Positions 11,729 through 26,445 of a DNA stretch of 64,000 nt are shown here, in pieces. Each line of letters starts with the position of its first letter. Positions within the stretch are counted from its first letter, which is position 1. The position numbers and the translations under genes are program-made. The notes under the pieces are model-generated. The model saw nothing but the letters and a program-made list of their open reading frames with translations, had not been told where the DNA came from and searched no databases. The stretch covers positions 8,305,225-8,369,224 of the forward strand of contig CM119269.1 of assembly GCA_051294375.1 (NCBI GenBank), written 5' to 3'. The DNA comes from Paraspadella gotoi. Lineage: Eukaryota; Animalia; Chaetognatha.

Positions 11729-14700
11729 GAGAGAGAGGAAGAGAGAGAGAAGGAAGAAGAGATGAGAGGAGAGAGAGAGAGATGGTGGAGATTGAAAAGG
11801 CGTGCGTGAGACGCCGAGACGGGGAGTGAGGCGAGGTAGTAAATGAAAGTGAGGTGGGAAGCCAAGTGAGGTTGTGAAAGCTACAAGAAGAAACGTGAGT
11901 GAGAAACAAGATGGAAGGAAAAAATGTTTTGTAAACAATAGAATTTTAAGAGGACAATTTGTATAAAATATGATGGGTATAAACGAATAGGATTCGTCAT
12001 GACATATGAATAAATCACAAATATTATAAAAGATCCGACTCAATTTTTGAAATGGAATAAAAAGATTTAGAAGAAAAAGTTGCAAATTTTTCAGATGAAA
12101 ATATCTTTGGATGAGTAATGTCCCCTTGCTCTGATAGTAAATCTGAGAGTAATCATTAAAATCATGGTGGGCTTTCTCCGCTGTTTAAAACGAATTATCA
12201 ACAAGACAATCCAAAAAAATCAACTTTTTTTGGAAGAAAAAGAAAAAAAAATGTTTTTCTCAATTTTTTTAAAAGTTTTTAACTTTGAAAATCGAGAATT
12301 CCGCCCAAAATATCTAAAGGAAAAAAAATGAATAATTTTTTTTAAAAATAAATCAAATCAATCTTTTTCCCTTTAATGGCAAAGAATCGTTTAAATACTA
12401 AAATAGTAGAGTTTATTTTTATACACGCCCACTCTTTGTTTATGTTTTAACCCATTTCCTTGGAGGAAAAACATTTACAGTAATAAAAAAAAATCAAAAG
12501 AAAGAAAAAAATGCAAACAAAAAACATTCCATTAATTCACCGTAACGTCACTTACGACTTTGGTTAAAAGGATTTTTGAAAGAAAAAAAAATTCTCGACA
12601 AAAATATACGCGTCACTTATTTTAAATTTAAAAATTATTCATGCAAACAAAAATTGTTAGTTTGTGAATAACATTTTCGTGTAACTATACAACGTTGATT
12701 TTGTTAAGACGTTGATAAAAAAAAAACAAAATAAAACAAACAAAAAAAACTGCATAAAACTGAACATTCTTAAAACCCTTTGTTTATTCTTCTTCTTTTT
12801 TTATTCAAACGATTACCCCTTGGCCTTGGAAGGTAAGAACCGTCAAAACAAACCAAGTCACGATAAAAAAAAATAAAGGAATATTACCACCGAAAGAGCC
12901 TTATCAATAAAAACATTATAAGCAATCGTTATGTTCAATAAACCACTCCATCTTACGTAACTTATATTATAAGAAAAATATATTCTGATTTTTGAAATTA
13001 AAATTAAACTTGAAAAAACTTAACAAAAGAGTTAGTAATTTGGCTCACGACACGCAATTGCATGAGGCATAAAACTAAAATATAAACGTAAATAAAGTTT
13101 TCCAAAATATTAAACAATTCCAGGGCGCGCCGCTTTTTCTCTCTCGGGCAAAAATTTTAAACGAAAAAAGTTTGGTAGCGAAATTTTGAAATTGTCAAAA
13201 CAAAAGACAAGAAAAGAAAAGAAAGAGAGAAATTGAGAAAAAATTAGAAAAAATGGTCAAATTTCACGAAGCGAATGAAATCGCAAAAAAATTCTTTTAT
13301 TTTTTGAGTGAATAATTTTTAGTTAGTCTTCGTTATCGTTATCGCTACATATATATTTTAACTGTTGTAAATCCTTATAAATAAAAAACAAAAAAAGTTT
13401 AAACAAACAATGCCGGATCTGCTTACGATCATACAGCGGTAATCAGCTAATCATACGATAAGTTATTAATCATCTTAGTATCTGGCTAATTTTTTTAAAA
13501 TCAATATGATTTGCTATTAATATTTATAAATTTTAATTATTTCAAGCCGAATGGCCTCCATCTTATTTCTTTTAGTTTGTTGCTTATAAATCTGCGGATA
13601 AAGATGTGGCCAATCACATTTGCATCGCAATTGTCACCAACTTTCGCATTTTTTAGTTGGGAAATAATTTGAGTTTTTAGAAATCATGAACAAACTGTAA
13701 GAAGATGACACCAATTTGTGAAAGACCAGCGACGCGAAAAATGCCCATCCAAAATAGTTATTCGGTCCCACATGAAAGTGATCCGCCAGGGTCTTTAGAT
13801 CTGTCCCCAGATTAAGGAAGTGAAGGAAATCGGAAAAAATGAGCAAAGACGCCAAGAAAACCACACGTTTCAGTTCTCCTCGAGCAAATGAGTAAATTCA
13901 AAATAAGGGAAATATTTATTTGCAGAAATCAATTTGGTATTTTAAAAGGTGAAAAAACTAAAAAAAGTCAGCTCTTCAGGAACCGATTTTGGATAATAAC
14001 AACAATGATAACAACTAAAGTAATAGCAATAACAACAATTATAATGCTAATAGTTGTGTTGATAAAAAATTTTAAAAATTTTTTTATTAGAAATAAGAAT
14101 TTTTGTCATAATCTAATGAGCATAAAACACGTCATTGTAGCAACCTGGCGATGAAAATGAAGAAGAAAAAAGAACTTGCAAGTTTATTTTATCTTTCTAT
14201 CTTTCTGAGATAATAATTAGGGCAAGGCAGCCAGCCAGGATAAATAACTTACATTATTAGATATCTTCTTGGATATTGCTGTTCTATTTGAAAGAGTGTT
14301 GCGGTAGTATTTCATACCCTGCTACTCGTCCGAGAATCAGCAGCACCTATGTAATTATTTAGCGATCCCGTTCCTAATAACTTTCTGTAAGAGTAATCAA
14401 GCTCTTTTAACTGTTCACAAAAATATAAATACCTAAAAATGTCTGCCTCAGATGATGTTAAAATATCTATTAGAGATTATATGAATTTTTAGAAGGTTTA
14501 GCCTATCCTGATTTACTAATCTTAACTTATCCTACTTGTTCAGACTTGGTGCCATCACGCATTCTAGGCGCCATCATCGGGCAATTTCTTGCTGGCGTGC
14601 AGCTTTTACGCCAACGAGACCAGCATTCGTTGTCTTTCCTCACAACTTTAGCGCCACTCACTCTCACGTTACTCGTGCTGGCGTGAATAGTTCTCGCGTC

Positions 14701-15135
14701 ACGAATCTTGCGTCACGAATCTCGCGTCATCAATCTTCTCTCGGATCTCCGAGAAAATCTGAAGGCTTTTGTGGAAATTGGAAACGAGAGAATAAAAGGC
14801 GAGAGATAGAAAAGAAAATAGAAAAGAAAAAAGGAAGAAAGGAAAGAAAAAGAAAGAGAAATGCGAGAGGACAAATGTTAAATATAATTCTAAACTAAAC
14901 TAAAGTATAAACACGTTTATAAAACAAATAAATCGTCCAATCAAGTCCACGGGAGAAAAAAAATGAGACAAAAGTAAAAAGGAGACAAAATACAAAAAGT
15001 CACTCTTTTTTTAAAAAAGGGAGAAATAAAAAAAAACAAAACAAAAACAAAGGACGTGACAATCAAGAAGGACATCAGCCAAAAAAAAACAAGCTAAAAA
15101 AAAAAAAACAAAAAAAAACAACAAAAGGCCTGAAA

Positions 15136-18009
15136 ATGAGTCGACGCGCGAGTCTGACGATGAAACAGAATCGACCGGAGAGAAAGCGCGTTCATTTCCC
15201 CGACGAAATCGTCATGGAAGACAGCATTAAGGTATGTTGTATCGCAACGTATTTTATTGTATTTTATACTTTCAAAGATGCGTATCTGTTTTTGTTGGTT
15301 TTTTTTTTAATAATTAAGGTAATTACAGAAAACAAGTTAAATTCTGTTAAATCGTTGCCTAATAATTGTAAGATGTAATTTTATTCACCTCAAATAGCCT
15401 TTGTTTAGTTCTTTTAGCTCCAAAAAAAAAATTTGATATAAACGTATATCTGTATATCTGTATATCTGTATATAAACTGTAAGACTGTGGCCATCCGCTC
15501 GAAATGACCTTCAACGCGATTTTACTTGATGACTTGAGTTGAGATCTTTTTTTCTTATCAATATTTTTGAATATTCTTCTAAGTAGTAGTAACTCCCAAA
15601 CCCCTACTTTCGACTAGTGAACCGACTAGTGAACTAGTGAACCTTTCAATATCGAAACTTACCTTTTTCTCAGGAAGGAGACGAAACGGAACTGAACACA
15701 CTTTTGCGACGACACAGTCTCACTGTCGACATCAACGCCGTCAATCAAACGGGTGAGGAAAGTGGAAGAGAGAAGCCTTGAAGACATGGGATGATTGGCA
15801 AACAAAGATGGCGGGAAAGGAGATCAAACTGGGAGGAAAGATAAGCAAGCAAAGAGGAGAGAAAAAGGATCAATCTCAGAGAAAAATAGTCAAGCAAAGA
15901 AGGCGGGAAAGTTAGGCAAGCAAAGCGATGCGAAGGGAAATCAATCTTTTTTTTAAAAATCTGTAATCTGTTTGATAAAAATGGTAAAAAATGAAAGTAG
16001 CAGGCAAGCGAATTCGCTAGGGGAAAAAGATTTGCAATCAAATCAAGCACATGTCAAAACAACCTTCGTTCTTCCCTCTGGCGTGAAGCAATCAGGCCAA
16101 CCAGACGCAATCAGGCGCAATCAAGCAAATGATGATAAAAGCTTTTTTTTTTTGCACGGTGATAAAAACTAGGGTTGAGTCGTAAAAGTTGAATCTTAGG
16201 GCATTTTACAAAACTCATCCGGTTCTCAAATTTTAATTTAAAGCTTGTAAATATAGCTTTCCATATATTCAAAAAAAAAAGGAAAAAAAATCCTAATAAT
16301 TTCCACGCCAAAATTCTCTTAAACAAGGCCGTCCTTCAATTCCTCCTAATTGATACAAAACTATTATTCAATGCACCAGGCTTGACACCGCTTCACCAAG
16401 CTTGCTTGGACGGGAATCTCCGCGCTGTGCAGTTGCTGCTTCGTCACGGAGCGGACATCAACTTGAGAGACGACGATTCGTGGACGCCTCTCCACGCCGC
16501 CTGCGCTATGGGCTATCCTGACCTCTGCAAGTTCGTTTTATTTTTATCAAAGGGTACTATTTACTGAAAGCGTCTTATTTCTGTTTCCTAATCCCCGAAC
16601 TCATTTTAATCTTAATGTCTTACAATAATCTTTTTTAAGGGGACCCAGTGATAAAAATGATATCATAAGCTTAAGGGTCTATCATCAAAGGAATTTGAAT
16701 GGTGATAGTCATTAATTTTTCTTTGCACGGGAAAGTGGCAAAAAATTCCTATCTCTTATTGTAGCGGAAACAAAAATTTAATAATTATGAAAAAAACATT
16801 TAGTTGACCCTACCTAAATATTTATATAATCCATTATTTTATTTTTGCATTAGAAAATATTTTTTACTAAATTCCAATTTTTATTTTTTACTCTACAAAG
16901 CTACAATTTTAGGTTTAAGCCTCATTGAACAAAGGCTTTTACAAGACTAATATTTTTTTATTTTTATATGTACTTAAAAAGCAGACAATCAAACCTAAAT
17001 TCTATTCTTACAGAAACAAACTGTAATAATTATTAATTAATATTCATATTCATCCCTTAAATGTATTATTAACCTATATTGATTCCTAATTTATAACAAT
17101 TAAAAATTTAGCAAAAGTACAGAATCTTTCTCTTCTTTTTATATTTATATTACTTCAAAGATTTTTATTTTCATCCAATTAACAGAATCATTTGAAAAAA
17201 AAGTTTAAATAAAAACAGTCGATACCTTAAATTTTGATTCATTCCTAGTTTTTTTTCTATAAATTTTTGTGATAAAAGCTGAAGATCTTTTAAAATTAGA
17301 TCTTACCCTTTTTTTGGAAAAAAAAATTTAAACTTGAAAAAGATTTTCTTCTTACCGATTTTTTAAAGAAAATTAAGCTCGCTGATTTTATCGAATTTTT
17401 TAACTACTTTCCCAAATGATTATAGAAGAAAAATTATATGGTCAGAACCAGCTTAAGTTAAAGGGTCAAACGTTATGTTTTCAGCTTTTTACCCCCCCTG
17501 TTCACTTGGTCCCCTTAAACCCTCTACTAACCTACCAAATCCCTAACTTTAAAAAGTGGTTTAATTCCGAACCTGAGCATAAATGGGGTGCTATTGAAAA
17601 ATATGGCCGATTTAACCCCCCTCCTTTGAAATATATTTTTATCTCTATTTACATTTTATCCGTTCGCCTTTCACTCTACCCTTCCGCATTCCTTTCTTGC
17701 CCTCTCCCCTTCTTCTCTCCTCTCCCTTCCCTTTTCTCTTCTCCCCCTCTCCTTTGTCGGCCTGTCCTCTTCCGCATTCCCCTCTCTCATTCCCCTCTCC
17801 CCCTATTCTCTCCCCTTCTCTCCTCTTCCTTCTCTTCTCTCTTCTCCCCCTCTCCTTTCTCGGCCTGTCCCCTTCCAATTCCCCTACCAAGATATCTCCT
17901 CAAGAAAGGCGCGGACAAGTCCGCTCTTTCCCGCGACAACGAACGCCCTCTGGATCTCGTCGATCAGGACGACTTTGAAACCATCGCCGTCATGCTGCAG
18001 CCTTCGTGA
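15136..18009 (+). CDS. PPP1R27: Protein phosphatase 1 regulatory subunit 27-like (RVxF plus ankyrin repeats), 4 exons: 15136-15231, 15674-15752, 16380-16530, 17892-18009; 147 aa
   Basis: The spliced product MSRRASL...KRVHFPDEIVMEDSIKEGDETEL...QTGLTPLHQACLDGNLRAVQLLLRHGADINLRDDDSWTPLHAACAMGYPDLCKYLLKKGADKSALSRDNERPLDLVD...QPS* has a PP1-docking RVxF followed by ankyrin repeats and nothing else. This is the size and layout of PPP1R27. All splice phases are consistent. Confidence 0.88.
16639..17514. mobile_element. Non-autonomous TTAA-targeting element (Kolobok-like) in PPP1R27 intron 3
   Basis: TTAA|GGGGACCCAGTGA ... TCACTTGGTCCCC|TTAA (12/13 TIR match). Purine-purine termini with a TTAA TSD fit Kolobok rather than piggyBac (CCY termini). 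Confidence 0.7.
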
Positions 18010-18225
18010 ATGCTGCGGATTTCTCGCTGTCTTCAAGCAAGCGACAGACTGTCGTAAATGCTGCAGATAAAGAAAATGCCGCAACCCCTTTTATTTCCAC
18101 ACCTTTCTTCAGTTGGTCATTTCGCATCGACGACGTTTAGGACTTCGACGGTCGAAAACGGATTTTCTTGCTAAAGTTTTACAGATGACATTTTGGAGGT
18201 GAAAGTCATTGATTAAATTGTATAC

Positions 18226-18522
18226 TTTTTTAGTTGCGCCGCGAGTAGTATCGGAGCAACTCTATCAGACAATTGGGGGTCGATCGGTGGGTCGATCGGT
18301 CGATCGGTATGTCTGTCGGTCGGTCTGTCCGCTTATCACTATATTTTTGCTGAGAACCTCGCATCTAAGCGACTACTTGTAATACCTTTTGTTTTAAAAG
18401 AAATCGTATGAATAAAAGATGAAATTCCGATGCAGTGCGGGTTGAATGCTTATTGTTAGTCACGTGATCACACGAAAAGGCAGTCACTGCGGCGCAACAC
18501 ATTTGAATTGCCGTTCTTGTTA
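18226..18522 (+). mobile_element. Helentron-associated (HINE/DINE-1-like) short interspersed element, copy 1
   Basis: Starts TTTTTAGTTGCGCCGC, has a GTCG/GTCC microsatellite and a subterminal inverted copy GCGGCGCAAC at ~18489. It shares blocks (CGGAGCAACTC, ATCTAAGCGACTACT) with 39370-39531 reversed. Confidence 0.55.
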
Positions 18523-19222
18523 TAAGTGAATTTTTTCTCTATTACATATATATTCTATATAGTATATATAATTATAAACTTACATAAGTATTTATCTATC
18601 AAAACTTTCAGTCAGATCCGATTTTCCTTCTACGATTTTTTTCTGTTCTTTTTTTTTTAAATCAATTCGATGTCTGTCGTGTTTTTTATTTAATAAGTTT
18701 CATTTTGTTCGTTCGATTAATCTATGGAATCACTTTTTATCGGCGTGAAACTTGCGAATCCTTTGCACGGTTATTTTTTTTTTTTTTCGATGGAAAAAAT
18801 GCATCGAAAAAGACTTAAAAGTCCATTTTTTTAATTTTTTAAGTTTTGTTTTATTTCATTTTAATTTTTTTTTTTTCGTCATTTTAACTTTGCTTCATCT
18901 CCTCTCGTCTTTTTCTTCTAAATTTTTGTTATCTTTCACTACGTCTCATTCATGCTTTATTATTCATCATTTAATCTCTCATTTATCCGGTTAAATCGTT
19001 TCTCATTCATTCTTCCGTTTATTCTTTATCGTTCATCATTCATACTTTATGTTCATATATTATATATATTTCATTGTTCATCGAATCACTCTCTCTTTTA
19101 TCTTTCATCTTATCGTTCATTATTCTATCTCTCATTCATCTTTCGCTTGAGAATCATCGTATATGCGTATTTGCAATGTTAATATTGGTAATTGACATCA
19201 TTTTTTACGCATAACGCATATT

Positions 19223-19348
<126 letters not shown>

Positions 19349-20391
19349 ATGAGGTAAGAGGTTTAAGATTCAAGAGAAAAAAAAAAGAAAAAGCCGAGAA
19401 TTGAATTTTTATTGAGTATTGAATTATTGTTCGATGGCGTATTTACTTCTGGAAATTCTGCATCCTTCACCCACTGGAGTACCTCGCCCATGGAAGCGAA
19501 GATACCCTCTGAGTTACCTGTTGATGATTACTTAGGGAATTGAGAGAGCTACAGGGCAGAGAACGTCCAATAAAAGGCCAATTACAACGCAAATACTAAG
19601 CCTAAGTCCACTGGAAACTGAATTACACAGAGACACCACAACAACATTCTACCACCTCGGGATCATGAACCGCTACCACAAAAACATAACAATGAGGGTC
19701 GAAAATTAAAAAACCTGTGGTGTGGGTCAAACAAATCGCAACCACCTCAAGATGATGGGGAAAAAATACACAAGCTTTTCCGCAACTGTGAAACCCCGAC
19801 CAACAATAACAGCGCTTCATAGGTTGGAAAAAAAATTTTACAAATATAAACGAGAAGAGCATATACGAAGAAGAGATTTTGCGACCTAAAACAAAAGTCG
19901 GCCTTATTTTCCTAGATCGCCACATTTCATCTTAAATTCGGAATAAAGTAAATTATTTTAAATAAAAAATATAATAAGATGGGGTAGGTTTATGATTAGG
20001 CGAGGGTTCGGTTTTAGGGTTAGGGATAAAAGTTAAGGCTTAAATTAAAATTTGAAAAATATATTTAGATTAAATATTAAAAATTAAATTAAATTCCAGC
20101 ATGAAAGAAGAGAAATTGGGCGCTCTGAGAAAAGAGAGCCCAAAAGTCGAACTATATCCTCAATGTTGCGACGTTGAATTCGCTTGGGAAGATCCCGTCG
20201 AACTGACTACCGCCAAAAATTCGAATTCGTCTTGAATGTCTTTAAGTGTCTTGAAATTCGTCGTCAAGGAACTGAAACTAACAGTTGAACCGACCGCCTT
20301 TTAAAATATATCTGAAAACACACGACGGGAATCCTCTTTCTCTTGAATCTTTGACCTTACTTCTCACTGCTCTCTCTCTCTTTTCTTTATT

Positions 20392-20458
<67 letters not shown>

Positions 20459-21792
20459 CTCTCTCTTTCTGACTTCTACGAATCTACATAGTTCAAAAAT
20501 CGTTTGTATCATTTTTCCGTTTCTCTTGCATGAAGCAAACAAAGCATGTGAGGCGACTTACCACCGGGTTATTGTTTACGTTATGTTAACCGAAATATAT
20601 TGTTCTTTTAAAAAAATTCAAATTCAAAATTCAATTACCAATATTACATTCATCTTTTATAATTCATATTTTTCAAAATGTATTTTTGAAACAAACCGAT
20701 TTTTGTCGAAATATAAAAATTTAGTGATTGTGTGTACAAATTTATTTAAAAAGTTAAGAAGTCTTATACGATAAATCAGAAATCGTATTAGTTTTTTATG
20801 TTTTCATTTTAATAAACTATTAATCTCGTCTTCAGTCCACTTGTCTTGTAAGTATTCTGTCTTTGAAGAATCTGAATAACTGATGTTCTAATGGCAGACC
20901 TTCTTTTTTGGTCATATCAGTCTTGATAAAATATTGCTCAGTGTAATTTGAACCAAAATTAGAAGTACTGTAATATTTGATTATACATAAATATATTGTC
21001 GTGAATTCAATAAACCGTGTTTCTTAATATTTCTTAATAACGAGTTAATTAACGACTAAAACTTTATTTTCATCTCTGAACCTTTTTCCATGACGTCTTC
21101 ACCGCTCTCGTCTCACGATCATTTTGTCTCGCAATCTTCACGTTTCACAATTTTCTCTGCGCCTCACTTTTCTTCGGCGGTGAGACTCAATTTGTGAGAC
21201 ACAGTGGTCTCATCGCACTTTAGGCAATTTCCCTCCCGTGAACACTTACCGGAAGAGAGGGACGCTTAAGATCCGTTAAAGAAAGAAGCCATGAGAAACT
21301 TACCTCTTCTTTACTTACTTTCACGCTGCACCATGAAAGTGTGACGGAGAGTATACCACTTCTCCAGAATGGACTAATACAAGTAGTAATAAAATAATTT
21401 ATGATGCCATGGAGTTAACGGATGTCATATTCTTGAAATTAAAGCCATATCATTTCAAATGGTAAACTTCTCTCTGCGCCTTGAAGCCCTATAAAAATCT
21501 ATTATAATAATATGTAATCTATTGTTTTTTTATGGCACTAAAAAAATCAGGAGAAACAACAGGTAGTACATAAAACGGTCCAGGGTCAAAAACTTTCTAA
21601 AGGTCGAATTTTTAAGAAAATCATTTTATTTGAACTTTTTTTTCTTCGAATTTTCTCGTCACGCCATCGAGAGTCCGAGACTCATAAGATCGGCCGGCGT
21701 CGCTCGCTCGTCGGCCGGCGTCGGCGTTTTTGGTTAGGCCAGCGTCAATGTCCTCGGCCGGCCGGTGCTTTTGCTCTCTCTCTCTGTCTCTC

Positions 21793-21891
<99 letters not shown>

Positions 21892-22483
21892 AATGCCGGT
21901 GTCGCTACAAGAAAGCTACATTCGCTATCCCTTCGCAACGGGATCTCTGCCTCTCAGGACAGCGGCGAATCTTTTTCACACGACGTGAGTAAAAACGCGG
22001 CATTTAATGAAAAGAATACTAACCGATAATATCACTACTTCTACACGGTCTTACTTTTCTTATTTCAATCGACTTTCTACAATGTACAGTCCTCTTTGCT
22101 TGGATGTAGATAACTAATAACTGAGATCCCTTGCCTTTTTGTTAAAGCGTAACACTTTTTAAAAACACACTTTTCTTTTTCAAATAAAACACTTGAAGTG
22201 ATTTTCTTTATCCGTTTTCGGTTTTCATTGCAAATACGACTACCAAGTTTTTGCCCAAAAAAAATCAAATTGAAAAAAAGAATATCTAGTCTCAGCTGCT
22301 CCAACTGCCAAAAAAATATTAGCTTTTTCAATAAATGTTTTCAATAAAAAAATTTAATCTTTCGGAATCACAAAAAAAATAACTTGTGAAGTGGAGAACT
22401 TTTGGATGACGATTTTTTTTGGGTGAGAAATATTTTGGTGAGGCAGAAAACGATGGGTCATTTTAAAAATGAAACTAAGTAGA

Positions 22484-22756
22484 AATCAGGGATGTGGAGC
22501 TGGAGATGGAGATGGAGTCGGAGCTGCCGGAGCTGGTATATTTTGCCGAAGCTGGAGCTGGAGCTGAATTTATTTTCTTACCGGAGCGGGAGCTGGAGCT
22601 GTCTAACCATTTTTATTGGAGCTGGAACTAGAGTTGAAGCTGAAAAAAATTTAGGATGGAGCCGGAATTGGAACTGGAGCTGAAAAATTTTTTTTGGCCG
22701 GAGCTGAAGTTAGAGCTGGGGCTGGAGAAAAATTGGCCAGCTCCACAACCCTGATT
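22484..22756. mobile_element. MITE (hAT-like termini) with an internal GGAGCT/GGAGCC hexamer array
   Basis: TIRs AATCAGGGATGTGGAGCTGG / CCAGCTCCACAACCCTGATT, with flanking direct repeat GTAGA. Confidence 0.8.
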
Positions 22757-23705
22757 GTAGATGAGTCGAAGTTTTTAGCTTTTAAATCGATTTATTAATT
22801 TATTCCTTCAACGTTCGCTTTATCTCTCATCCATCATCTGACACCCAATTCCTTTTATCTGCTGCCCACAATTTTTATCAGTTTCCCTTTTTTTCCGATT
22901 TTTATCCGTTTGGGATGATTTTTATCCGTTTGGGATGATTTTTATCCGTTTCCGTTTTCGTTTGGTTAAATCGCTCACGAAATCTGGCGCCCTCTGTCGT
23001 GACTTCATAATCGATGACATCGCGAAGAACACGATGACAAAATTAATGACAAGGTCAACGGAAAAAAATCCAATAAAGTTTGCCTTTGATGTCGAACCTA
23101 CTTTTATCATTGGTCTCGCGATTGTCCTCTCAGATTCACTCCAAACTCTCAACGAGATTAACGAATAATTTAAGCAAATTATTAGAGTTTTAAAATGTCG
23201 CCTTATCTCCCAATACAACGCCATTCCTCGTCATTGTCACCCGCCACGCCCATCGAAGCGTTTCGTGGCGCCGGTCTCGCCCCAAATACTCGACGGCGCG
23301 GGTGACTCGATCGGGCGCCGATTATCCCGTCGCCGGTGAACGAGTCACGGATTGGAGAGACGATATTCTGTGAGTTGGCGAAGAGCGACGTCTTTGTGAG
23401 AGTTGATTCACGGAGAGTGAATTCGCTGGATCGTGATTGTACGAACAGAAATGATCGCTTCGTGCGGAAACTTGTTATGTACCGACTATTTTGTTTTATT
23501 TGTGAACTTTTGTTCGTACGAATGACGCGAGAATCAACTTCACGTGATATTCGGACGAGAGAGACGGAAAAATGATGTCACAGTCACAAGATTTAACGGA
23601 ATTTAGTGTTACAACCGAGATTGTGATAATTCTATCATCACATATCCGGAAAAATGAGATAAAAAGAAAAATATTTAAAGAAAAGAAAGAGAGAGACAGG
23701 GAGAA

Positions 23706-23766
<61 letters not shown>

Positions 23767-24070
23767 AGAGGAGAGACGAGAAGAAGAGATAGAAGAGAGA
23801 GAGAAAGTTTGCCGTTAGATGCTTGTAATCCGCCTCGACTCTGACGGGCAGTATCTCTAACTATATCTATTTCTATCTCTCATTATATAACTTTTAATCA
23901 ACCTCTATAAATATCTGTCATCATATTTTCGCAAATCTAGACAATTAAAAAACTTTCGTTCATTATATCAGATGCTCTTTTGTCGGTGACGAGGATTTTT
24001 CCTCCGTCGGAGGCGCAGCTGTTATTTTCTCTCAACTCATTGAATTCCAATTTCTTTTCGCGATCAAATT

Positions 24071-24173
24071 CCATTCTCTCTTCATTTTATCCCATTCTCT
24101 CTTCATTTTATCCCATTCTCTCTTCATTCTATACCATTCTCTCTTCATTCTATACCATTCTCTCTTCATTTTA
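24071..24173. repeat. 21-bp minisatellite (~5 copies)
   Basis: Unit CCATTCTCTCTTCATTYTATM repeated in tandem. Confidence 0.9.
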
Positions 24174-24479
24174 TTGGTTCATGTTTTTAGAAAATAATAT
24201 TATATTAATTGTTTATTTTAAATTTTTTAAACGATAACTGATATGATGTCACTAATATTCAATAATTTATGGATACTCTGATGAAAATGTGGCAGAAGTT
24301 GATCCTATTACATCCGAAAAAGAAATCCACGGATTAATTTATAATTATTGTTAAAAAGGAGTTAAAGAGTATGTATTAACCAGCAACCTGAGATGGAAGA
24401 GTGTCAAGAATGTTACTGGTTCAGGTGCTAGTAGTATACGTAAAGATGCAAACATTTATTTGGGTGCAAGCATGTCTAA

Positions 24480-25091
24480 TAAGGCGTAGTAAAATTTCTA
24501 AATTTAACTTTAATTAAAATTCTAAAAGTGAGGAATGAACAACATTATACTAATGAACATTTATGTAATAAAAAAATTTATAATAAATTTTTCAATTTAC
24601 GCAGTAGGCCATATTTATACTAGTACTAAACCAATAAATGTTAAAATTTCAAAACAGTTTTTTCTAAGATATTTTTGCAGATTTAGATTCGTCATAAAAA
24701 GTTGATAAAAAGAAATATAACTCTTTTTGAAAAATTCCTTCATTAAGTGGGTCAAAAATTAGAAAAAGCTATATTTTAAGCTGAAAATTAACTTTTTATA
24801 TATTAAATATAGTTTTTTTAATTTTTAACCCAATTAATGAAAGAATTTTTAAAAATGATTTATATTTTCTTTTATCAACTTTTGACGAGGAATTCAAATC
24901 TGCAATCAAAATTAAGAAAAGCCTATTTTGAAATTTTTTGATTTTATAAGGATAGTACTATATATAAATATAGCCTACTGCGAAAATTAAAAAACATAAA
25001 ATTAATTTTTTTTACAAATTAATGTTCACTGATGGTATGTTGTTCATAATTGACATTTAGAATTTTCGTATATAACTTTCACTACGCCTTA
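24480..25091. mobile_element. Uninterrupted 612-bp copy of the foldback/Mutator-like MITE
   Basis: TIR TAAGGCGTAGT ... ACTACGCCTTA, TSD ATGTCTAA (24472-24479, 25092-25099). The two halves are long imperfect inverted repeats and are homologous to 7117-7348 and 9056-9344. Confidence 0.85.
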
Positions 25092-26394
25092 ATGTCTAAT
25101 TAAACGAATATCTCAAATTAGCCAAAATATTTTCGATCGTAATTTACCTGAGAGGCGATGAAAACGACGACGACGAAAACGACGACGACGACGACAAAAT
25201 TAGTTTTTCCACCTTGGACACCTTAGCTAAAAACCACGACGACAACCGACGACGACGACGACGACGACTAAAATGACTTCCTTGAGATCGATTCTTTCTT
25301 TTTTTTTCCACGAAATCGGCGACCGAGATTTTTTTCTCCTAAGAATCCTAGCAACTTTATAATTCGCTTCATCATCGATTTTTTACCATTGAGTGCTGGG
25401 GGGGAAGGAGGGGGGCGGAGGGGGGGAGGGGAGTTGGGCCGGTATTTTCGTGGTTGTTTTTTTTGTTGTTGTTGTTGTTGTTTTTGTGTTTTTTTTCTTG
25501 ATATATTTTTTCCTTTTTTTTTCCGCCCAACATTTTCAGTAAACTTATATTATCATAAATATTCTATAATCTTCGAAATGTTTAAAAATCTTAATAAAAC
25601 CTAACATTATAAATCTTTCCTAACATTTCATCAAACGCAATAATTTTTCTCGTTTACTTGTCTTTATCTCATTTGTTATATCATCTTACTTAGCCTTCTT
25701 TTAATATATTCCCTTTCCTCTCTCCTCTCCACTACTCGCTTTCCTTGATCCCTTCCCTTCTCCTTTCTTTATTATTCCTCCTCTCCTCCACTTCTCTTTC
25801 TCTCCTCTCCCCCTCCCACCCCACGCCTCCTGATCCTAACCTCACCCTTCCTTTCCTTTTCTGACCTTTTTGCACACTCAATCCGACCTGACCGAGCTTT
25901 TTCAAATTATCGCCCTTTCATTTGTAACTTCGCTTATCTTTCTCTTTAAGTCAACTAAGGGTTACGAAAGGATGAAAGCTCGGGGCCAGGGAATTAAACC
26001 ATGGATGTGGAAGGAAAAAAATATCCTTTTTCGAATTTAAGATCTCTTCCTGTTTTTTGGCGACGACAACGACGACGACGACGAAGACGAAGACGACGAC
26101 GAAGAATACGAAAACGATTTTTGCCTAGGAGATTTTTTTCCCTATTCATATCTAAAAAGAAAAAAAAAATTCTCGCCGTACATGGAAGTTTGATTTTTCA
26201 TAACATGTTTAAAACTTCTCTTTTACTAGTATAATCTATGTTTTTACACTTTAATATAAGGGCTCATTTGGTCTGACTTTCGTATTTGATCGATTTTAAA
26301 AGAAAGAAACCTTTTTTTTTGTTCGTTTATTCGCTATCGATTTATTTGACAAACATTTACAAGAAAAACCAATCGCGCTTCAACGACGAGATGA

Positions 26395-26445
<51 letters not shown>

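Noticed and set aside
17416-17891. Long hydrophobic N-terminal part of the 197-aa ORF
   Set aside because: It is an intronic pyrimidine tract and transposon end. Only 17892-18009 is the PPP1R27 exon.
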